A stretch of 52,467 nt of DNA, taken from positions 1-52,467 of the IMG/VR virus record IMGVR_UViG_3300017741_002088; one strand, 5' to 3'. The stretch's first letter is position 1; each line of letters starts with the position of its first letter. The notes below the pieces were generated by a model. That model was not told the origin of the DNA. It saw only the letters and a list, made by a program, of their open reading frames with translations, and did no database searches. Shown piece by piece: positions 46,214 through 52,467 of the stretch. The position numbers and the translations under genes were made by a program. The DNA comes from a virus. Lineage: Duplodnaviria > Caudoviricetes.

Positions 46214-46465
46214 ATGGAAGCGGCACTTATTTTAGGTCTATTAGGTTATGGTATGCACCAATATATTGGTCATCCAGAAGAAGAAACAAGTAGAAATACG
46301 CAATACATGTATTCTACTCAAACGACTGAAAGTATTTCAGAACCGACGACTCAATATCTAAAAGATAAAAGCATTGCTCAAATCGACTGGAGCAAAGCAG
46401 GCAACTTTGTACACGGAGACTCACCCAAGACTGGTGTACAATGGGTTTTTGTAACAGGAAACTAA
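46214..46465 (+). CDS. Hypothetical protein with N-terminal hydrophobic segment
   Basis: AAGGA RBS; MEAALILGLLGY. Confidence 0.55.
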   Translation: MEAALILGLLGYGMHQYIGHPEEETSRNTQYMYSTQTTESISEPTTQYLKDKSIAQIDWSKAGNFVHGDSPKTGVQWVFVTGN

Positions 46466-46466
46466 A

Positions 46467-46898
46467 ATGAAAATCCTCATCTTTGGGTTGCCAGGAGCAG
46501 GTAAAACTTATTTGTCAGAGCGTTTGCAAAAACATTTTAAGTGCGCTTGGTATAATGGTGATGAAATTAGAAAGATGGCAGACGACTGGGAATTCAGTCC
46601 TGAAGGTCGTCTGAGGCAAGCATCACGGATGAGAAACCTTGCTAATTTCGAAAAAGATTCTGGTCGGTGGGTGCTATGTGATTTCATATGCCCCACCAAT
46701 CATTATCGAGATTTATTTGATGCTGATATTTCTATATGGGTAGACACAATAAGAGAGGGAAGATTTGATGATACAAACAAAATGTTTGAGTTCCCTTCTA
46801 TGGTTGACTATAAAATAGCAAAGTTTTTATCTGATGAAGAAATAAAAAAACTAGCAAATATGATTATAAATGAAAGTGAAGAAGATGTCAGCATTTGA
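46467..46898 (+). CDS. Adenylylsulfate (APS) kinase-like protein
   Basis: GLPGAGKT, GD.IR, FS.EGR..Q, DFICP, FE.P. Confidence 0.75.
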   Translation: MKILIFGLPGAGKTYLSERLQKHFKCAWYNGDEIRKMADDWEFSPEGRLRQASRMRNLANFEKDSGRWVLCDFICPTNHYRDLFDADISIWVDTIREGRFDDTNKMFEFPSMVDYKIAKFLSDEEIKKLANMIINESEEDVSI

Positions 46899-47301
46899 TT
46901 ATTTAAACCCAACGTCCCTGATGATTGGTAGATACCAACCATGGCATGAAGGTCATTTAGAACTGTTTCAACGTGCGTACGAATTAGCAGGTCAGGTATT
47001 GATTCTCGTTCGGGAAGTTCCTGAATCACGAGAAGCGAATAGTCGCGTTCCAGGGCAAGATGATAATCCCTTTTCACCTTCAGAAGTTTTCGCTATGATC
47101 ACACAAAATTTATCAGAAAATGGGTTTACTTTTGATGAAGATTACGTTATAATGAGTGCTCCTAATATCGTTGACATTAGTTATGGACGCGATGTTGGAT
47201 ACACATTCACTGAGCATGATCTCGGTGATCTTAATAAAATTAGTGCAACTGACATCAGGGCACAGATGAGAGCAGAGGGTAAACTTGCAAACAAATCTTG
47301 A
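46885..47301 (+). CDS. HIGH-family nucleotidyltransferase (cytidyltransferase-like)
   Basis: GRYQPWHEGH, NPF, I.YGRDVGY, ISAT.IR. Confidence 0.8.
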   Translation: MSAFDYLNPTSLMIGRYQPWHEGHLELFQRAYELAGQVLILVREVPESREANSRVPGQDDNPFSPSEVFAMITQNLSENGFTFDEDYVIMSAPNIVDISYGRDVGYTFTEHDLGDLNKISATDIRAQMRAEGKLANKS

Positions 47302-48661
47302 ACAGATTATCTTACGAAATTTGCTGACAAACGAAGAGTACATGCGCAAAGTATTGCCTTTCGTCAAACCAGATTATTTCGAAGGTGTCTATCGTATATT
47401 ATTTAAAGAAGCAGGAAAGTTCATTGGCAAATACAATAAATTGCCAACACTTGAATCTTTCAAAGTCGAACTCGATCAGTCCGATAGATTGACAGGTGAC
47501 AACTATACTATCGCTGTAGATATCCTACCAAACATTTTTGCGAAAGAAGAAAGCGATTCTGAATGGTTGATGGACTCTACTGAGAAGTGGTGTCAGGATC
47601 GTGCGATCTATAATGCCATCATGGAGTCTATCTCTATCATTGACGGTAAACATGAGTCAATGACCAAAGGTGCATTACCTGACTTGTTGAGTAAAGCACT
47701 CGGTGTTGCCTTTGATACTAATGTCGGTCACGACTATGTTGACAACGCAGAGCAAAGATGGGACTTCTATAATAAAGAAGAATCTCGTATCCCATTTGAT
47801 CTTGAATTGTTCAACACTATTACCAAAGGTGGTGTTCCCAATAAAACATTGAACATTGCTCTCGCTGGTACTGGTGTCGGTAAATCATTATTCATGTGCC
47901 ACGTTGCTTCGTCATCATTGGTAGAAGGTAAGAATGTTCTATACATTACTATGGAAATGGCAGAGGAGAGGATTGCTGAACGTATCGATGCAAACTTGCT
48001 GAACATTCCAATTGATCAACTTGAAACATTACCAAAGACGATGTTTACTGAAAAAGTTTCTCAGTTGTCTAAGAAAACTACAGGCAAACTCATCATCAAG
48101 GAGTATCCGACAGGGTCTGCTCATGCTGGACACTTTCGCGCTCTACTAAATGAATTGAAACTAAAGCGACAGTTTGAACCAGATATCATTTTTATTGACT
48201 ATCTTAATATCTGCGCTTCATCTCGTATGAAAGGAATGGGTGGTGCAATCAACTCATACTCTTACATTAAAGCAATTGCTGAGGAACTACGTGGTCTTGC
48301 GGTCGAGTACGACGTTCCGATCTTCTCTGCAACGCAAACGACTCGTTCTGGTTATGGTAACTCAGATGTTGGGTTGGAGGATACGTCCGAGTCTTTTGGA
48401 CTTCCCGCGACCGCTGACTTGATGTTTGCTTTGATCTCTACCGAAGAACTAGAGAACGTTGGGCAAATCATGGTTAAGCAATTGAAGAATCGCTATAATG
48501 ATCCGACCAATAATAAACGGTTTGTTGTCGGGATAGATAGAAGTAAGATGAGGTTGTTTGACGCTGATCCACAAGAGCAAACATTAGCAGACGACACACC
48601 TGTTTTTGATAAGAGCGAAACTCATGACCAACTATCTAAATTCAAGGATTTTAAACTATGA
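47285..48661 (+). CDS. 41: Replicative helicase gp41
   Basis: AGTGVGKS, TMEMAEE, DYLNI, SATQT.R, SESFGLPATAD, KQLKNRY. Confidence 0.95.
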   Translation: MQTNLEQIILRNLLTNEEYMRKVLPFVKPDYFEGVYRILFKEAGKFIGKYNKLPTLESFKVELDQSDRLTGDNYTIAVDILPNIFAKEESDSEWLMDSTEKWCQDRAIYNAIMESISIIDGKHESMTKGALPDLLSKALGVAFDTNVGHDYVDNAEQRWDFYNKEESRIPFDLELFNTITKGGVPNKTLNIALAGTGVGKSLFMCHVASSSLVEGKNVLYITMEMAEERIAERIDANLLNIPIDQLETLPKTMFTEKVSQLSKKTTGKLIIKEYPTGSAHAGHFRALLNELKLKRQFEPDIIFIDYLNICASSRMKGMGGAINSYSYIKAIAEELRGLAVEYDVPIFSATQTTRSGYGNSDVGLEDTSESFGLPATADLMFALISTEELENVGQIMVKQLKNRYNDPTNNKRFVVGIDRSKMRLFDADPQEQTLADDTPVFDKSETHDQLSKFKDFKL

Positions 48662-48906
48662 TGATTAAGATTTCTGATGAGTATGCGCACGACATTTTAA
48701 TAGTAAAACTTCAAGAGGACTTCCTTGAGATAAGCAGCGACATTGAAATGATTGAAACTATGAATGATTTGGGGGAGACTCAAATTTCATCTGCAAAGTT
48801 TCATGTTGTTCGCGACTCTATAGTGAATGTATTGAAGTATCACATGGAAGAAGAAGATTTCCTCGACTTCTTTTCCGAATATGAGGACATGAAATCATGG
48901 ATATGA
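48658..48906 (+). CDS. Hypothetical protein
   Basis: 82 aa, coupled to gene 41. Confidence 0.55.
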   Translation: MMIKISDEYAHDILIVKLQEDFLEISSDIEMIETMNDLGETQISSAKFHVVRDSIVNVLKYHMEEEDFLDFFSEYEDMKSWI

Positions 48907-49106
48907 AAGAACAATTAATTAAAGCAGTAAAGATGCACGCTAAAGGTGATTTAGAACGTGCTAAAACAAACGTCATGGTGTATATGAATCAGAGTGTTGG
49001 TATCGGTGAACACAGTGATGTTGTTGAAGCAATTCAACTAGAACTTGATAAGATGGCAGCAGCAGAAGATCGTCTTTGTATGATTGCTGAATTTGAAAGC
49101 AGATGA
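48897..49106 (+). CDS. Conserved small phage protein
   Basis: N..VY.....GIGEH.D.VEAI..EL motif. Confidence 0.7.
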   Translation: MDMKEQLIKAVKMHAKGDLERAKTNVMVYMNQSVGIGEHSDVVEAIQLELDKMAAAEDRLCMIAEFESR

Positions 49107-49303
49107 GTGATCCTAATTTCCACACCTTCTGGGGACAAGGCGAGTACGAAAATCGAAAAGCAATTGTCTTAAAAAGCAGTGAAGGATTCTATGTAGAATT
49201 CTATAAAGGTGAAAATATTGTTGAGCGTCGTACAGTGTACGAACACAGTGAAAGATATGCAGAAGATACTGCAGAAAACTTTGTAATGGGGATTATACCA
49301 TAA
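49103..49303 (+). CDS. Hypothetical protein
   Basis: HS..YAED.AENFV.G motif. Confidence 0.65.
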   Translation: MSDPNFHTFWGQGEYENRKAIVLKSSEGFYVEFYKGENIVERRTVYEHSERYAEDTAENFVMGIIP

Positions 49304-49437
49304 TGAATAAAATTTTGAGAAGACTTGGATTGAAAGACGACTATGGTTATTGCGATATGTCCATTGTTGGGTTTATTGTTATATGGTCGTTTTTTCTTTA
49401 TGGTGTTTATATTGCGATCGGAGACTTAATTAAATGA
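49303..49437 (+). CDS. Small membrane protein (44 aa, not in ORF track)
   Basis: MNKILRRLGLKDDYGYCD followed by a hydrophobic helix; coupled at both ends. Confidence 0.55.
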   Translation: MNKILRRLGLKDDYGYCDMSIVGFIVIWSFFLYGVYIAIGDLIK

Positions 49438-50099
49438 ATGTTAGATTAATCAGTTATTCACAAACAGCGGAGAACCTACATGTCGGTGAAGATATCCAAG
49501 AACTCATTGCGTATTGTGCCCGTGTCTCGAACCCCTCGAACCAAACTAACCAAGAAACGTCCGAACGTTTATTATCCTATCTCGCAAAACACAAGCACTG
49601 GTCGCCTTTCGAGATGGTGTCTGCTTGCTTAGAGATTGAAACGACTCGTGATATTGCTCGTCAAATCCTTAGGCATCGTTCGTTTTCATTTCAGGAGTTT
49701 AGTCAGAGATATGCTAATCCTGTAGAAGATTTAGATTATGTTATGAGGGAAGCGCGACTACAAGATACGAAAAATCGTCAAAACAGTATTGTTACTGATG
49801 ATGCTGATTTACAACTAGAATGGTATAAGCAACAAGCAGAAGTTCAACTTGCCTCTAAAAAAGCATATCAATGGGCGATTGAAAATGGTATTGCTAAAGA
49901 GCAAGCACGTGCGGTGTTGCCCGAAGGTATGATGGGATCACGACTTTATATGAATGGAACCATCAGGTCTTGGATTCATTTTATTGAATTGCGCAGTGCT
50001 AATGGCACACAAAAAGAATGTCAGGATGTTGCCATTGCTTGCGCAAAAGCGATTACTGAGATATTCCCTCTTGCTCAAAAGTTCTTGGAGACAGAATAA
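49434..50099 (+). CDS. thyX: Flavin-dependent thymidylate synthase ThyX
   Basis: ARVS, H.SPFE, RHRSFSFQEFSQRY, E.AR.VLP, LR....Q.E. Confidence 0.95.
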   Translation: MNVRLISYSQTAENLHVGEDIQELIAYCARVSNPSNQTNQETSERLLSYLAKHKHWSPFEMVSACLEIETTRDIARQILRHRSFSFQEFSQRYANPVEDLDYVMREARLQDTKNRQNSIVTDDADLQLEWYKQQAEVQLASKKAYQWAIENGIAKEQARAVLPEGMMGSRLYMNGTIRSWIHFIELRSANGTQKECQDVAIACAKAITEIFPLAQKFLETE

Positions 50100-50122
50100 T
50101 TCAAGAAAAACGCATTTTTTCC

Positions 50123-50151
50123 TTTACTTCTCATAAAAACTATGATATAAT
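50123..50151 (+). promoter_or_regulatory. Early promoter
   Basis: TTTACT-N17-TATAAT. Confidence 0.75.
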
Positions 50152-50180
50152 CTATGTATAAACTGAGAGAGAGAGAAAAA

Positions 50181-50414
50181 ATGACTAAACCTATATCACC
50201 TTCTAAACTTCGTAAAAACCTTCTATCACTTCCTGATGAAAAGCGTCGTGAATCTATCGAACGTGCGTTTCGCGTTTATCCACGTTGGATCATGGAAGAA
50301 ACTGGTCGTACAGATGGATTGTATAACCCAAAGGTTGTAAAACATCTCGAGAAGTCATACGAAGTCTATAGAAAACTTTGGACTGAAATGTTGGTATCTC
50401 GCCATGCGTCTTAA
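50181..50414 (+). CDS. Hypothetical basic protein
   Basis: ORF directly downstream of the promoter. Confidence 0.55.
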   Translation: MTKPISPSKLRKNLLSLPDEKRRESIERAFRVYPRWIMEETGRTDGLYNPKVVKHLEKSYEVYRKLWTEMLVSRHAS

Positions 50415-50946
50415 AGTTTTACCAGTTGTTGTCTGTGCTGCCGTTCTTTGTTTCCTTTCTAATGGCGCACAGGCAGCATCCCCTGCAAAAGCATCAACTT
50501 TTCATTCTGAATACACAGAACAAAAATGTTTAGCAGATAACATTTACTGGGAAGCACGAAATCAAATAACGAAAGGAATGATCGGTGTCGCTCTTGTTAC
50601 TCGCAATCGTGTTAATGATAATCGTTTTCCTCATTCATATTGTGAGGTTGTTGAGCAAGGACCAACGCGAACGTCGTGGAAAAATTCTAACATTGACATC
50701 CCTATTCGCCACCGTTGTCAGTTCAGTTGGTATTGCGATGGCAAGTCTGATGTTATCCCTACTGTTGATCTTGACGTCTATGATCTTGCTCGCGCCATTG
50801 CTTTCAAAATATATAATGGAGAGTTTACAGACTTTACCAAAGGTGCAACTCATTATCATGCAGACTATGTAAATCCTGAATGGGCATCATCAAAAACGCA
50901 GACTACAGTGATTGACGAACATATCTTTTATAGATGGGAAAAATAA
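50404..50946 (+). CDS. Cell wall hydrolase (SleB/Hydrolase_2 family) with signal peptide
   Basis: CLA.NIY.EAR, NRV....P...C.VV, CQFSWYCDGKSD, GATHYHA.YV.P.WA, H.FY. Confidence 0.9.
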   Translation: MRLKVLPVVVCAAVLCFLSNGAQAASPAKASTFHSEYTEQKCLADNIYWEARNQITKGMIGVALVTRNRVNDNRFPHSYCEVVEQGPTRTSWKNSNIDIPIRHRCQFSWYCDGKSDVIPTVDLDVYDLARAIAFKIYNGEFTDFTKGATHYHADYVNPEWASSKTQTTVIDEHIFYRWEK

Positions 50947-51236
50947 TGAAAGAAACTAAAATGAAACCTGCATACAAATTTCGAGAAGATGAATTAATCG
51001 CTGAATTTGCGAAGTATGTAGAGGGAACATATAATGCCCATTACTCCCAAGAGAAACTGCAAGCGGCAGAAGTCATCTTTGATGGCGGACATGGGACTGG
51101 GTTCAATATGGGAAACGTCATGAAGTACGCACAAAGATACGGCAAGAAAGGAACCGATGCAGATGCCCGAAAAGACCTTCTTAAAGTCATCCATTACGGA
51201 TTCCTTCAACTTTATGTTCATGACTCCTCTAACTAG
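50946..51236 (+). CDS. DUF3310-like conserved phage protein
   Basis: TY..HY, GF.MGN..KY..RYGKK, DL.K..HY. Confidence 0.7.
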   Translation: MKETKMKPAYKFREDELIAEFAKYVEGTYNAHYSQEKLQAAEVIFDGGHGTGFNMGNVMKYAQRYGKKGTDADARKDLLKVIHYGFLQLYVHDSSN

Positions 51237-51708
51237 AAGCGAGGTATATTACGAAACCAAAAGACCCTACCATCACTGCGCAAACAAGAAATATAAGGAT
51301 TCCATTTTTCATCATTTCTTCAAATTCTTTTTGTTCCTTTAACTTTGCGCGTTTTAATTCTTGAAGTGCTTCTCTCTCCTCTTGAATTCTCTTCGCGCGA
51401 AGGTCTATGATTGATTGCCAAGTTCCATGCCCGAAGCGCATGTCAACTAGGTTTCTCATTTCATTAAGTGCTTCTGCTGCTAATTTTGCATCGATCACTT
51501 CTTGAGCGACTGATTTGATTCCGAATTGATCTCTTAATGTGACGCCTGCTTTTTTGCCGCGTTTTTGCTGAACCTGCTCTTCACCGACGAACAGGTTTTC
51601 GATTTGTTCAGTAATTTGTCCAATATCTTGTACTGTGTTGATATTACTCTTGATAAAATCAACGCTTTGTTTGACGAGGGCAATCCCTGTCATTACTTCT
51701 GCAAACAT
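51229..51708 (-). CDS. Hypothetical coiled-coil protein with C-terminal transmembrane helix
   Basis: 159 aa; AGGA RBS; RFG.GTW motif; late promoter upstream. Confidence 0.7.
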   Translation of the reverse strand: MFAEVMTGIALVKQSVDFIKSNINTVQDIGQITEQIENLFVGEEQVQQKRGKKAGVTLRDQFGIKSVAQEVIDAKLAAEALNEMRNLVDMRFGHGTWQSIIDLRAKRIQEEREALQELKRAKLKEQKEFEEMMKNGILIFLVCAVMVGSFGFVIYLASS

Positions 51709-51779
51709 ATCGATCTTCCTTATTTGGATAGATGTATGTCAATGAATTGATGATAAATTTCAATAAACTCTCTACAATC

Positions 51780-51787
51780 TATTTATA
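51780..51787 (-). promoter_or_regulatory. Late promoter TATAAATA on the minus strand
   Basis: tatttata on + strand upstream of 51229-51708. Confidence 0.6.
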
Positions 51788-51825
51788 TAGATAATGATTT
51801 AAATTAACTAAAGGAGACTCTCAAT

Positions 51826-52467
51826 ATGAGATTTTTAATCGCTGCAGCAATTGCAGTAATGTCTTGGGTCAGCGTCGCTCAGGCAGAACCACTCAAAGTT
51901 GGATTCGTTTATGTTGGTCCAGTCGGTGATCATGGTTGGACATATATGCATGATATCGGTCGTCAAGCAGCAGTAGAAAAGTTTGGTGACTCTATCGAAA
52001 CAATCTTTGTTGAATCAGTACCAGAAGGTCCAGATGCAGAACGTGTAATGCGTGATATGATTTCGCAGGGTGCGGATATGATCTTTACGACATCGTTTGG
52101 TTATATGGAGCAAACTCTACGAGTCGCAAAAAATAATCCTGATGTGATTTTTGAGCATGCAACTGGTTATAAAACTGCACCAAACGTATCGGTCTATTCA
52201 TCACGTTTCTATGAAGGTCGTTATGTACAAGGTGTAATTGCTGGTCATATGTCAAAGACAGGCAAAGCAGGTTACATTGCATCGTTTCCGATTCCAGAAG
52301 TGATTCGTGGTATCAATGCTTTTTATCTTGGTGCGACAGCAGTAAATCCTGCGTTTGATATTGACGTTGTATGGGTCAATACTTGGTATGATCCTGGCAA
52401 AGAAGCAGATGCTGCGAAAGTATTGATTGCTGGTGGTGCAGATATCATCACGCAACATACTGATTCA
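51826..52467 (+). CDS. BMP-family ABC transporter substrate-binding protein (nucleoside/purine type), 3'-truncated, not in ORF track
   Basis: AAGGAG RBS; signal peptide; KVGFVYVGPVGDHGWTY.HD, TTSFGYM, HATGY, RFYEGRY, PIPEVIRGINAF, W.NTWYDP.KE, QHTDS. Confidence 0.9.
   Translation, partial: MRFLIAAAIAVMSWVSVAQAEPLKVGFVYVGPVGDHGWTYMHDIGRQAAVEKFGDSIETIFVESVPEGPDAERVMRDMISQGADMIFTTSFGYMEQTLRVAKNNPDVIFEHATGYKTAPNVSVYSSRFYEGRYVQGVIAGHMSKTGKAGYIASFPIPEVIRGINAFYLGATAVNPAFDIDVVWVNTWYDPGKEADAAKVLIAGGADIITQHTDS

Noticed and set aside
1-52467. tRNA, rRNA, integrase or transposase genes
   Set aside because: None recognised; intergenic gaps are short and accounted for by promoters or hairpins

Overview
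Fragment of a large T4-like (myovirus) dsDNA phage genome, AT-rich and gene-dense. A marine alphaproteobacterial host is inferred from the pseudoazurin, BMP-type solute-binding protein, SleB-like hydrolase and IbpA-type Hsp20. Bases 1-21144 hold virion/tail-fibre genes, interrupted by an inverted cassette of three glycosyltransferase-like genes, a methyltransferase and a radical SAM gene. Bases 21193-36198 hold the T4 core replication/recombination block (uvsY, uvsW, 55, 47, 46, 45, 44, 62, regA, hsp20, 43) with accessory genes. Bases 38956-44817 form a candidate DNA-hypermodification operon: TET/JBP dioxygenase, amidotransferase, GNAT, amino-acid:DNA transferase-like protein, P-loop kinase and sugar-nucleotide enzymes. 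uvsX, 41, thyX and accessory genes follow. Most striking observations: (i) RGCY is essentially absent from the window except as TGGCCA; (ii) the hypermodification operon; (iii) extreme Asp-Ser dipeptide enrichment in the virion proteins flanking the glycosyltransferase cassette; (iv) a ROSE-like RNA thermometer on hsp20; (v) a pseudoazurin next to a metallothionein-like peptide. All calls come from motif recognition and manual reading; no searches were run.
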